Assembly: GCA_965242725.1 (NCBI GenBank)
Contig: CBDESZ010000003.1
Location: 32,001 to 96,000 of the forward strand
DNA: 64,000 bases
Direction of reading: 5' to 3'
Source: Alkalispirochaeta sp.
GTDB taxonomy: Bacteria > Spirochaetota > Spirochaetia > DSM-27196 > Alkalispirochaetaceae
The translations under genes and the position numbers were made by a program. Shown here one piece after another: positions 1 through 9,457 of the stretch. How positions within the stretch are numbered: the first letter of the stretch is position 1; every line of letters starts with the position of its first letter. The notes beneath the pieces are model-generated. The model was not told the origin of the DNA. It saw nothing but the letters and a program-made list of their open reading frames with translations, and ran no database searches.

Positions 1-586
1 AGATATCGCCGAACGACTCGCGTTGTTCGAGAGAGTTACATTTTCCGACAACGCTCATAAACGTGGACATCAAGTAGGTGGATGGCGAGTAGATTTCCAC
101 GACGACGATCTTTCGGAGCAGGATCCTGATACCTGTTCATTCATTCTTGGAGTTGGACAGGTTGCCAACGGCCGAGCGCGGGAAATGCTGTTTTCTAGAA
201 TCATGGGAACCGGGATTGCACCGACCATTCTGGTCGCTCCCGATGCTTCGGTCCCGCGGCATGCGTCAATAGGCGCAGGAACGCTTATCGGATTTATGGG
301 TATTGTAAACATCGGCGCCGTCATCGGTACCAACGTAATCGTCAATACCCGTGCACTTATCGAACACGACGCAGCCGTTGGTGACCACGTTCACGTATCG
401 ACAGGGGCCATTGTAAACGGTGGTGCCTGCGTTGGAGACCGCTGCATGATAGGCAGTGGTGCCATAGTGCTTCAGGGCGTTTCGGTCTGCCAGGATGTGA
501 CCGTCGGCGCCGGAGCGGTCGTCACCCGTGATATTGTTACGCCGGGGACCTATGTCGGTGTCCCGGCCAGGAAAATTCATGACTGA
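1..586 (+). CDS. NeuD/PglD-family sugar acetyltransferase (5' truncated by window edge)
   Basis: Frame is open from base 2 (DIAERLALFER...). Has GVGQ..R N-domain, hexapeptide repeats, IEHD motif and C-terminal YVGVPAR. Stop overlaps the neuB start. Confidence 0.85.
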   Translation, partial: DIAERLALFERVTFSDNAHKRGHQVGGWRVDFHDDDLSEQDPDTCSFILGVGQVANGRAREMLFSRIMGTGIAPTILVAPDASVPRHASIGAGTLIGFMGIVNIGAVIGTNVIVNTRALIEHDAAVGDHVHVSTGAIVNGGACVGDRCMIGSGAIVLQGVSVCQDVTVGAGAVVTRDIVTPGTYVGVPARKIHD

Positions 587-1592
587 ATACCAACCGCTCC
601 ATGTAACGGTCATTGCCGAAGCAGGCGTGAACCATAACGGCTCACTGGAAACGGCGAAACAACTCGCCGCTGCAGCCGCTGCCGCAAAGGCAGACTTCGT
701 CAAGTTTCAGACATTTGACCCAAAGGCGTTGGTAGTTGAAACGGCTGCGACCGCCGAATATCAGCAGACCGGCGGTTACGAAAACCAATTGGACATGCTC
801 TCCAGACTTACGCTGACCCGTGATGAGATCGTTGAGCTGAAAGCACATTGCGATTCAATCGGTATCGCATTTCTGTCCACCGCGTTTGATCTCGGTTCAG
901 TACAGACATTACGGGATCTCGGTCAAACGACGTGGAAGATACCTTCCGGGGAAATCACCAACGTCCCGTTAATAGAGGAAATCGGTTCCATCGCGGACGA
1001 GGTGATCGTGTCCACCGGTATGGCGACGCTGGGTGAGATAGAGTCGGCGCTATCGTGGTTGGAGGAAACCGGGTGTTCTCGCGGCCGTGTAACTGTTCTG
1101 CATTGTAATACCGAGTATCCCACGCCCTATTCCGATGTACATCTACGGGCGATGGAAACAATCGGTCGGGCTTTTAACGTTCGCGTCGGCTACTCCGACC
1201 ATACCATGGGTGTCGAAGTACCGATTGCTGCGGTGGCGCTGGGCGCAACGGTGATTGAAAAACACTTTACTCTCGATCGAACCCTCCCTGGTCCCGACCA
1301 GAAAGCATCTCTTGAACCGGATGAACTCAGCGCGATGGTGGCGGCCATACGTAACATCGAACAATCGTTGGGAAGGTCGGGGAAACGAGTTACGGAGTCG
1401 GAACGAAAGAACAAAGCTGTAGCTCGTAAAGGAATCTATGCGTCTCGAAACATTAAAGACGGTGAGGAATTTTCAACTGAGAATCTCACTACGAAAAGGC
1501 CGGAAGGGTTCCTTCCTGCATCCGAGTGGCATAGAGTAATTGGACGCACGGCGCGACGCGTTTATCGTCCAGACGAGCCAATTGAATGGTGA
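579..1592 (+). CDS. neuB: Nonulosonic acid synthase (NeuB/LegI type) with SAF domain
   Basis: IAEAGVNHNG, VKFQTF, KIPSGEITN, LHCNTEYP, GYSDHT, IEKHFTLD motifs. ATG at 579 overlaps the upstream stop. Confidence 0.92.
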   Translation: MTEYQPLHVTVIAEAGVNHNGSLETAKQLAAAAAAAKADFVKFQTFDPKALVVETAATAEYQQTGGYENQLDMLSRLTLTRDEIVELKAHCDSIGIAFLSTAFDLGSVQTLRDLGQTTWKIPSGEITNVPLIEEIGSIADEVIVSTGMATLGEIESALSWLEETGCSRGRVTVLHCNTEYPTPYSDVHLRAMETIGRAFNVRVGYSDHTMGVEVPIAAVALGATVIEKHFTLDRTLPGPDQKASLEPDELSAMVAAIRNIEQSLGRSGKRVTESERKNKAVARKGIYASRNIKDGEEFSTENLTTKRPEGFLPASEWHRVIGRTARRVYRPDEPIEW

Positions 1593-1683
1593 CACCATAG
1601 TCTGCTACCATTCCACCGCTTACCTGAAGCCCTCCGAGGTATATAGGCTTCTATCATTGTGAAGAATGTTTACATGGAATAGC

Positions 1684-1712
1684 TTGCACATCATGAAAAT
1701 CGTACCCATAAA
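1684..1712 (+). promoter_or_regulatory. Possible sigma70-like promoter for the ACP cassette
   Basis: TTGCAC-N17-CATAAA in the 168-bp gap before the ACP gene. AGGAGA RBS lies further downstream. Confidence 0.3.
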
Positions 1713-1760
1713 AAGACTACCTGGGTGGGCTCATCTCACCATCTGTAGGAGAACGTTACA

Positions 1761-1994
1761 ATGACGGAAAAAGAAGCGACGCTTCATAGAATACTTGAAA
1801 AGGTTGCTAAGAAGCGCGTAGAACCTCAATACATCGAGAATGGTGTTTCTTTTCAGGAAATCGGATTGGATTCTCTCGCTCTCGCTGAGTTGACCGTTCG
1901 GCTGGAACAAGAGTTCGGCGTGGACGTTTTTGCAAATGGCGTAATAGGCACCGTCGCGGAAGTCAAAGAACGAATCGGCATAAGTGCGCGATGA
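1761..1994 (+). CDS. Acyl carrier protein
   Basis: 77 aa, phosphopantetheine site GLDSL..AEL...LE..FGV, AGGAGA RBS. Confidence 0.9.
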   Translation: MTEKEATLHRILEKVAKKRVEPQYIENGVSFQEIGLDSLALAELTVRLEQEFGVDVFANGVIGTVAEVKERIGISAR

Positions 1995-3223
1995 TCGAAT
2001 TTTTTGTTGACGGGGAAACCACATATACATACGACGACCTGATAGAAGCGGTTAACCAAACTGAATCGCTGTCAACTGTCGTACAGGAATCGGATTATTT
2101 TTCTCTTTTCGTGAACTATGTCGCTGCAATTGTCTATGGGATTGATATAACGGTTATAGACTCTGACCTTTCCGAAGTAGAAAAGGCCAGCTTGGGGCCA
2201 ATGTCCATTTCGATCAAGACACGTAACGAACCAACGATCGAGTCATTTCAAGATCTTCTGTCTGTGTTTGAATCACGGAAAAACAAATGGCATTTGACAC
2301 TGTTTACATCGGGGACGACAGGGCGTCCTAAAGCTGTAAGCCACACTCTGGAAAGTCTGACTCGGATGGTGCGCACGGGAGATCGCTACGAGAACAGTGT
2401 TTGGGGCTTCGCCTATAATCCAACACACTTTGCTGGTTTCCAGGTGTTTTTCCAAGGGCTATACAATTGTAACAAGATGGTTCGGCTCTTCGGGCGGCAA
2501 TACGCCGAGGTAGTAGATGCTATCCGCAGTCACCGGGTGACCCACATTTCAGCTACACCTACCTTTGTTCGCGGTTTGACAAACCAATTAGCGACAACCG
2601 ATGTCGAGCTATCCTCCGTCCGGCGGATCACAACCGGCGGCGAACGCTTCGATGATCGTCTGGTAGGCAGAATTGAAAGGCACTTCCCAAATGCTCGTAT
2701 AAACAACATATATGCATCAACCGAGGCGGGAAGCCTTTTTGTTGGTCACGGGGATCTATTATCGGTACCAGAATCAATCCGCGGGAAAGTTGCATTCTCG
2801 GAACAAAATGAGATTTTAATACATAAGAGTCTCTTGGGCAGGAGCAGCGGGTTGGATATTGAAGGCGACTGGTTTAGTACCGGGGATATTGTTGATGAGC
2901 CAAACCCAACCGGTTTTCGTATTCAAGGCCGGCGGAGTGAGTTTATAAACGTGGGAGGCTATAAAGTAAATCCCCATGAGGTCGAAGCAACAATCCGGAC
3001 CGTTTCGGGAGTACTGGAGGTACGCTGTCATGGAATTAGCAATCCCATAACAGGTAAGATCGTTGCGGCCGATATAGTTGGCGACGGCACGCAATCAGCA
3101 GCCGACTTGGAAGCACGGATTGAAACTGTTTGTACGGAGTCCCTCCAATCATTTAAACGGCCGCGAATAATCAATATCGTCAAATCAATTGATCAAACCC
3201 ATACAGGAAAACTGAAGCGATGA
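1991..3223 (+). CDS. AMP-forming (ANL) acyl-adenylate ligase / acyl-ACP synthetase
   Basis: FTSGTTGRPK, TGGE, NIYASTE, TGD, INVGGYKV.P.EVE and C-terminal TGK motifs. Confidence 0.9.
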   Translation: MIEFFVDGETTYTYDDLIEAVNQTESLSTVVQESDYFSLFVNYVAAIVYGIDITVIDSDLSEVEKASLGPMSISIKTRNEPTIESFQDLLSVFESRKNKWHLTLFTSGTTGRPKAVSHTLESLTRMVRTGDRYENSVWGFAYNPTHFAGFQVFFQGLYNCNKMVRLFGRQYAEVVDAIRSHRVTHISATPTFVRGLTNQLATTDVELSSVRRITTGGERFDDRLVGRIERHFPNARINNIYASTEAGSLFVGHGDLLSVPESIRGKVAFSEQNEILIHKSLLGRSSGLDIEGDWFSTGDIVDEPNPTGFRIQGRRSEFINVGGYKVNPHEVEATIRTVSGVLEVRCHGISNPITGKIVAADIVGDGTQSAADLEARIETVCTESLQSFKRPRIINIVKSIDQTHTGKLKR

Positions 3224-3948
3224 AGTATGCAGTAGTCGTTACCGGTGATTCTGGGAGCCTGGGATCCGCAATATGCCGGGCGATTAGTACGATTATGGGC
3301 GTACATGTGATCGGAATGAGTCGCCGGTCAAATGATGTCACTAAAAAGCTTTACCAGGAGCTGGGGGGACGTTACGAGCACCTGACCTGCGATTTGTCTG
3401 ATCTTGACGCCGTGGAAGAAACATTCCGGCGAGATATCTACGAGGACTATGCAGTAGTTGGACTGGTTAACAACTCGGCCTTTGCATATGACGATCTCGC
3501 TACAAACATGCAGATCGATCCGTTGCAACACATGTTTACGGTCAACGTGTATGCGCCAATGGTCCTCTCCAAGCTTGCGATCAGGAACATGCTCCTCAAT
3601 GAGACTGAAGGTGCTTTAGTGCATATATCTTCGATATCCGTGCACACAGGTTACAAAGGCCTCTCTATGTATGCAGCTACAAAAGGCGCGCTTGAAGCTT
3701 ATTCTCTTAATGTCGCGCGGGAATGGGGTTCCAGAGGAATTCGGTCAAACTGCGTCGCCGCGGGTTTTATGGACACGCCTATGACGTCAACCTTAACGGA
3801 AGAACAAAAGGAACGAGTCTTGCGGCGCAACTCAATGAAACGTATGCTCGACGTCCAAGAAGTAGCTGAAGCGGTTGCTTTCTTAGTCTCACAGAAGTCA
3901 TCGGGTCTTACGGGACAGACACTGCGCGTTGACCATGGGACTATTTGA
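3220..3948 (+). CDS. SDR oxidoreductase, FabG-like 3-oxoacyl-ACP reductase
   Basis: TGDSGSLG Rossmann motif, NNSA, catalytic S and YAATK, GQTLRVDHG C-terminus. Confidence 0.88.
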   Translation: MKYAVVVTGDSGSLGSAICRAISTIMGVHVIGMSRRSNDVTKKLYQELGGRYEHLTCDLSDLDAVEETFRRDIYEDYAVVGLVNNSAFAYDDLATNMQIDPLQHMFTVNVYAPMVLSKLAIRNMLLNETEGALVHISSISVHTGYKGLSMYAATKGALEAYSLNVAREWGSRGIRSNCVAAGFMDTPMTSTLTEEQKERVLRRNSMKRMLDVQEVAEAVAFLVSQKSSGLTGQTLRVDHGTI

Positions 3949-3960
3949 ATTACATTACCA

Positions 3961-4740
3961 ATGATAAAAGTTGAACCATTCTATTCTTACAAGGTCTTGG
4001 AAGAAAACAGGAGTCAGTTTTTCTCTCTGTTTAGCAAAGTTTTTAGTCGACAATACAGTGACTCGGAGTGGGAGCGCTTTTTTCATAAAAATCCCGGCGG
4101 AGAACCGTCAGGAGTTTCAGTCTATTCGGACGGTGAACTGGTCGCGTTTTCCGCTTTATTGCCTAGTTGGATACAATCAGCCTCCGGTCCGATTTCGTAC
4201 GGATTGTATGTGGCCGCAATGGTGCATCCAGATTTCCGAAGTGGCGCGACAACGTATTTACAGATGCTTGCAGTCCTCAAGGATGTTGCTTCAGATGTCG
4301 GACACACGTTTGTCATGGCGTTTCCGAACAGAAACGCTTTCTATCCGCTCCGACAGCTTGGTCGATTCACACTATTGGATTCTGCAGAATTTCGGAACGG
4401 GCCAATTGACGATGTTTACATAGATTACCTGCAAAGAATGGGTGATGCTCCTTTTCTAACCGACAAAATCCTTGATTGGCGTCTCAAGTTCCCCGGATTA
4501 AAAATGGAAAAATTCGTTGTGACCAAGCAGTTCCAGGGTCGACTGAATATTCTTGATTGGCTGGGCCAGCCGAGTTCCTTTTCCGATACGGATTACGACT
4601 ATCCGCGGTGGTTTTCGGCCGACCATGCCTATGTCGATTCTGAGCCTCGAGACGTGAATCTCACCTATTTGGAAATAGAACCTGGAATGATTGAGTTGAG
4701 TACGCTCAGAAGGAGCGTCCTTTACTCGGACGTGTATTGA
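3961..4740 (+). CDS. GNAT-family N-acyltransferase
   Basis: LF..VF...W.F..NP.G, MVHPDFRSG (motif A) and AFPN..A, typical of glycan-locus GNATs. Confidence 0.75.
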   Translation: MIKVEPFYSYKVLEENRSQFFSLFSKVFSRQYSDSEWERFFHKNPGGEPSGVSVYSDGELVAFSALLPSWIQSASGPISYGLYVAAMVHPDFRSGATTYLQMLAVLKDVASDVGHTFVMAFPNRNAFYPLRQLGRFTLLDSAEFRNGPIDDVYIDYLQRMGDAPFLTDKILDWRLKFPGLKMEKFVVTKQFQGRLNILDWLGQPSSFSDTDYDYPRWFSADHAYVDSEPRDVNLTYLEIEPGMIELSTLRRSVLYSDVY

Positions 4741-5912
4741 TAACTATGAGAGTTTTGGCATTTACCGGTATTAGATCAGACTATGACTTAATGAGCGGAC
4801 TGTATCGTGCATTAGATGAGGCGCCGGATTTCGAGGTTGGGCTTGTTGTGATGGGGGCTCATCTTTCTCCCACCTATGGAATGTCTGTCCGGGAGATTGA
4901 AGCAGATGCAATAGACATCGTGGCAAGAGTCGAAACTCTGTTAGATTCGGACTCCCGTTCTGCAAGATTACAAGCCATAGGAATTGCCCTGACCGCAATA
5001 GTCCCGATCTTACATAACTTTCGCCCGGACTTATTGGTCTATCCAGGAGACAGGGAAGATGTCCTGATCGGGGCAATGTTGTCTGCATATTTGCGTATTC
5101 CATCGATTCATTTCTTCGGTGGTGATCATTCAACTGACGGAATTGTTGATAATCCGGTTCGCCACGCCGCTTCGAAAATGTCCTCTATACATTTCGTGAC
5201 CCATGAGGTTCACAGAGACAGACTCATTGCCATGGGCGAAGCGCCTGAACGGTGCTACCTGGTAGGCAGCCCGGCTCTGGACAAGTTTCGTACTACCAAA
5301 ACATACACGAAGGAAGCCGTTCTGACTTCTATAGGCGTACATAATTGCAGTGAGTACGCACTTGTTATCTTTCATCCCTTGCCGGGACATGAAGAGTTTG
5401 CCGGGCAGCAGTTCGAAGAGATACTGAGGACACTCAAAGAGCTTGGATACTATACAATAGTCAGTTACCCGAACATTGACTCCGGCAGTAAGCGCATTAT
5501 TGACATAATACAACGCTGGAAAGACGAAGACGGTGTTACGTTTTATAGGAATCTCTCGCGGGAGGTCTTTATCAACGTAATGCGACATGCCAGTTTCATG
5601 ATCGGCAATAGTAGTGCGGGAATTCTTGAAGCACCGTCCCTGCACCTTCCTGCGATAAATGTCGGCGAGCGCCAAAAAGAACGTTTGTGTTCCAACAACG
5701 TTTTATTCGTCGATCCCACACGAGAAGATATTGTGCGTGCCGTAGACATCGCGACATCCCAGGAATTTAGACGGAAATTAGAACAGACGGAATCTCCATT
5801 TGGTGATGGTCACTCCGTTGAGCGGTGCGTTCGGCTCCTGCGGGAGATTCCTTTTGATCAATACATTTCGAAAATTGAAGATCCTTTGACCTTGCCGCGA
5901 GGTAACCAATGA
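4737..5912 (+). CDS. neuC: Hydrolysing NDP-sugar 2-epimerase (NeuC/LegG type); alternative ATG at 4746
   Basis: TGIRSDY, GAHLSPTYG, GDRE, DN.VRHA.SK, IGNSSAGI.EAP, NVGERQ and FGDG motifs. Confidence 0.9.
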   Translation: MITMRVLAFTGIRSDYDLMSGLYRALDEAPDFEVGLVVMGAHLSPTYGMSVREIEADAIDIVARVETLLDSDSRSARLQAIGIALTAIVPILHNFRPDLLVYPGDREDVLIGAMLSAYLRIPSIHFFGGDHSTDGIVDNPVRHAASKMSSIHFVTHEVHRDRLIAMGEAPERCYLVGSPALDKFRTTKTYTKEAVLTSIGVHNCSEYALVIFHPLPGHEEFAGQQFEEILRTLKELGYYTIVSYPNIDSGSKRIIDIIQRWKDEDGVTFYRNLSREVFINVMRHASFMIGNSSAGILEAPSLHLPAINVGERQKERLCSNNVLFVDPTREDIVRAVDIATSQEFRRKLEQTESPFGDGHSVERCVRLLREIPFDQYISKIEDPLTLPRGNQ

Positions 5913-6571
5913 AACGCCTGTGCGTAATCGCTCCACATCCTGACGACGAACTCCTGGGTGCCGGGGGTACTATTCTCTCCGCGATTAAGCAAGGGGGAGA
6001 GGCATACTGGCTTATCGTCACCGGGATTTCCAAAGAATATGGATTTCCCGCCAATCGCGTCTCCCAGCGTGAACAAGAGATAGCCACAGTGGCGGCGGCG
6101 GTTCCGTTTGCCGAAACGCGTCGCCTGGATCACCCGACGACGACGTTGGACACGGTTCCCGGTGGGACGCTAATCGCAGGCATAAAAAACATTCTCGACT
6201 CCTGGCAGCCCGATACGGTAATCATACCGTGGAAAGACGACGCTCATACGGATCATCTCGCCGTCTACAACGCGGCGATGGCCGCGACCAAAGTATTCCG
6301 CGCTCCGTACGTAGAAACGGTTTTGTCAATGGAGATCCTCTCGGAAACCAATTTCCCCCGGTCCGCAGGGTTCACGCCGAACTGGTATATCGATATCAGC
6401 GACCATATAGAGAGAAAGATCGAGCTTCTTCGCGTCTTTCAATCTGAGTTTGCGCCCCATCCGTTTCCCAGAAGCGAAGACGCAGTTCGTGCGCTTGCAA
6501 CGCTCCGAGGCAGTGAGTCGGGATACCGAGCTGCAGAAGCGTTTCATCTTATAAGGCACCGTTATGAATAA
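5909..6571 (+). CDS. PIG-L/LmbE-family N-deacetylase
   Basis: IAPHPDDE..G.GG, R..E, DAHTDH, C-terminal AEAF. Confidence 0.9.
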   Translation: MKRLCVIAPHPDDELLGAGGTILSAIKQGGEAYWLIVTGISKEYGFPANRVSQREQEIATVAAAVPFAETRRLDHPTTTLDTVPGGTLIAGIKNILDSWQPDTVIIPWKDDAHTDHLAVYNAAMAATKVFRAPYVETVLSMEILSETNFPRSAGFTPNWYIDISDHIERKIELLRVFQSEFAPHPFPRSEDAVRALATLRGSESGYRAAEAFHLIRHRYE

Positions 6572-7640
6572 ACGACAGGATTTAACAATTGAACTTTCAA
6601 CGACAATCCGTGACGCGATGCAACGGTTGGACCAGACAGCAGAAAAATGTCTTTTTGTGGTGGGTGAAAATGGAGCCCTCATTGGGGCGCTCACTGATGG
6701 TGATGTTCGGCGGGCGATCCTGAAAGGGCGCAGCCTGGATGAGACCATTGTGGGAATCTACAATACAAAACCAATTACGATTGTTGAAAGCGATGGCCGG
6801 GCGGACAACGAGCAAACATTCGTTGAAGCCACACAGCTTATGATAGAGCACCGAGCCGAAGTTCTTCCGGTAATAAACGATGCCGGAAGGATTCTTCGAT
6901 ATGTGACCTGGATCGATCTATTCGGCGACGAAAGTGGCGCCGAACGGCCGGCTCTCACCTCTCCGGTGGTGATCATGGCCGGTGGATACGGAACTCGCCT
7001 CGAGCCTTTTACCAAAGTTTTACCCAAGCCGCTCATACCGGTTCATAACAAACCGATTATTGAACACATCATCGACCGGTTTGTGGATGTTGGAGCGAAA
7101 GATTTCTGGCTCACGGTGAATTACAAGAGTCGAATAATGAAAGCGTACTTCGATGACAGGTCGCCGGAATACTCGGTTACCTTCATTGACGAGCCCGAAC
7201 CAATGGGGACGGCCGGCAGCCTTCAATTCATGCGCGATAAGATGGAGGGGCCATTCTTCGTCACAAATTGCGACATCATTATCAACACTGACTACCGCAG
7301 TGTAATGGATTTTCACCAGGAACATGGACACGTCATCACCCTTGTTGGTTCTACAGTTCACTACCAGATTCCCTACGGGACGTGTGTATTAAATGAAGCC
7401 GGATCATTGGCCCGGGTTGACGAAAAACCTCAATACGATTTTTTGGTCAATACGGGTATGTACGTGGTCAGCCCGAAAGCGCTTGACCTCATTCCGACGA
7501 CAGGTGTGTATCACATGACTCACCTCATGGAAGCAGCTGTGAGCGCGGGACTCACCGTAGGAGTATTTCCGGTAAGCGAAGACGCCTGGATCGATATCGG
7601 CCAGTGGAAAGAGTATCAGCGCGCGGCAGATCGATTATGA
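6564..7640 (+). CDS. CBS-domain sugar-1-phosphate nucleotidyltransferase (PtmE/LgaF type)
   Basis: N-terminal CBS pair (LTDGDVRR), MAGGYGTRL.P.T..LPKPL, GTAGSL, WIDIG. Confidence 0.88.
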   Translation: MNKRQDLTIELSTTIRDAMQRLDQTAEKCLFVVGENGALIGALTDGDVRRAILKGRSLDETIVGIYNTKPITIVESDGRADNEQTFVEATQLMIEHRAEVLPVINDAGRILRYVTWIDLFGDESGAERPALTSPVVIMAGGYGTRLEPFTKVLPKPLIPVHNKPIIEHIIDRFVDVGAKDFWLTVNYKSRIMKAYFDDRSPEYSVTFIDEPEPMGTAGSLQFMRDKMEGPFFVTNCDIIINTDYRSVMDFHQEHGHVITLVGSTVHYQIPYGTCVLNEAGSLARVDEKPQYDFLVNTGMYVVSPKALDLIPTTGVYHMTHLMEAAVSAGLTVGVFPVSEDAWIDIGQWKEYQRAADRL

Positions 7641-8341
7641 TCGAGGGTAAAAAAGTTCTCGGGCTCATTCCGGCCCGCGGCGGCAGTAAAGGAATTCCGC
7701 GTAAAAACGTCCGCCTACTCGGCGGTAAACCACTTATCGCGTGGACGATCAATGAAGCTGAAAAATCGAATTATATCGATCGACTAATAGTCTCCACCGA
7801 CGACACCGAAATAGCTGAAACGGCACGAAATTGGGGAGCGGAAGTCCCGTTCATGCGGCCGGCCGAGCTCGCCTCGGATACGGCCCGCGGGATTGACGTG
7901 GTACTGCATGCTATACGTGAGCTGCCTCGATATGACGTCGTTGTGCTCCTTCAGCCGACATCCCCATTCCGTACGGTCGAGGATATCGACGGTGCTATTC
8001 AACTTTGGACAAAAACCGGCGACTCCGTCGTCGGAGTAACGGAGTCGTCAATGTCGCCCTACTGGATGTATTCTCTGGGGGGTAACGGGCAGCTCACGGA
8101 ACTGTTCCCAAAACCACCATCCGCCAATCGACAAGACTTACCTTCAGCATACGTGCTCAACGGCGCGATTTACACCGCATCCGCCGACAATGTCCGTAAG
8201 TATGAGAGTTTCTTACGCCCCGTCGCCCGCGCCTATGTTATGCCGGTTGACCGTTCCGTCGATCTGGATAGTCCTTTCGATTGGGAATATGCCGAGTATC
8301 TGGTATCCAGAAAGCATTTATTACGAATAAATATCCAATAA
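7637..8341 (+). CDS. neuA: CMP-nonulosonate synthetase (NeuA/LegF type)
   Basis: IPARGGSKGIPRKN, VSTDD, RPAELASD, LQPTSPFR, RQDLP, NGAIY motifs. Confidence 0.88.
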   Translation: MIEGKKVLGLIPARGGSKGIPRKNVRLLGGKPLIAWTINEAEKSNYIDRLIVSTDDTEIAETARNWGAEVPFMRPAELASDTARGIDVVLHAIRELPRYDVVVLLQPTSPFRTVEDIDGAIQLWTKTGDSVVGVTESSMSPYWMYSLGGNGQLTELFPKPPSANRQDLPSAYVLNGAIYTASADNVRKYESFLRPVARAYVMPVDRSVDLDSPFDWEYAEYLVSRKHLLRINIQ

Positions 8342-8355
8342 ATTTTCCGTCCCCC

Positions 8356-8383
8356 TTGAAGTATCTCACTACTGCGCTATACT
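8356..8383 (+). promoter_or_regulatory. Sigma70-like promoter upstream of wHTH/pse block
   Basis: TTGAAG-N16-TATACT directly after the neuA stop. Confidence 0.5.
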
Positions 8384-8403
8384 TCTCAGCAACAGCACGA
8401 AAA

Positions 8404-8422
8404 GTGTTCACAAAATGAACAC
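8404..8422. promoter_or_regulatory. Palindromic operator candidate
   Basis: Perfect inverted repeat GTGTTCA-CAAAA-TGAACAC just downstream of the -10 box and upstream of a wHTH regulator gene. Confidence 0.55.
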
Positions 8423-8618
8423 CCGCCTGCCAAGGATTGGAGCCGTGTGCCCGTCGGGCGCCGCCAAGCTCCCCTGTTGATTGAGTTCCGGCCGACATCA
8501 TGGGGCCTTCGCAGGTTTCCCGGCAGCGGTCCCGCGCCCCGCGCATGACTAGATTGCCACTACCCCCGCTGCGCCCGCGGTACTCCTAATCGCGACGCGA
8601 TCGCGCATCACATACGAC

Positions 8619-9457
8619 ATGTTCTACGCCACAGACCCCACCGACATAGAAAACACCACTCGCCCACAGATCCAGGAACGGGAACTGGAAGTCCTCGCCC
8701 ACGTGCACCAGGTGCAGAACGGCTCCAACGGCGACGAGTCGCCCGCGAACCCGCCGACCGTGCCACAGACCGTCACCCCACCTGCGGCAAACGTCTCCAG
8801 CGCGCCATAGCCAACGCCCTGGGGATGTCTTTAGGCCTCACCAACGCCATCCTCAAGCGCCTCTCGGACAAGGGCTTTCTCATGATGCGCCGCATCAACA
8901 CCCACAACGTCCACTACATGTGTCACCCCGGAAGGGATAGACCAGATCAGCCGCCGTAGCTACCGCTACCTGAGGCGAACCATCGGCCACGTCGTCCGCT
9001 ATAAGGAGCGCCTGCGGGAGTTTTGCCGCCACCAGTATGAGCAGGGCATACAGGAAATCGTCCTCGTGGGCGAGAGCGATCTTACATTTATCCTGGAGTG
9101 GTGCTGTGAGAAAGAGGGGATCGGGTTTTGGCAGGTGGATGGTTCGGGAGCGGATTCAGAAGGTATAATCGAACCCGAGGGCTCTCCGGGGCCCGGTCAG
9201 GACATTGGCACGGGCTACCCCTATCGGGGGGTGAGGCTAAACCTGGAAGTGGTAAGGGTCAACCCAAAGCTGTTAGAACTGGTCAGGAAGCAGGGGACCC
9301 GCCCGCCCACCCAGGGATCCTTAGAATCCTCTCGGAGCACGTGCTGGAAAGTGTTGATCCCGACGCGGTGTTGTTGCATGAGGTGGTGTTGGGTTTAACG
9401 AACCGATTACCACACAGCGAAGCAGCACAGGAAATTATAGGAGTACAAGGTTGTTAG
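8619..9457 (+). pseudogene. Frameshifted MarR-like winged-HTH regulator (EPS-locus associated type)
   Basis: Joining frames gives ERELEVL...VS/QRAIANALGMSLGLTNAILKRLSDKGFLMMRRINTHNVHYM/VTPEGIDQISRRSYRYLRRTI...IVLVGESDLTFILEWCC. Shifts lie at ~8797 and ~8921, with probably a third after 9130. The 3' end is uncertain. Confidence 0.75.

Noticed and set aside
1761..3948. NRPS/PKS secondary-metabolite cluster
   Set aside because: No condensation, ketosynthase or thioesterase domains. The genes are embedded in sugar-pathway genes.
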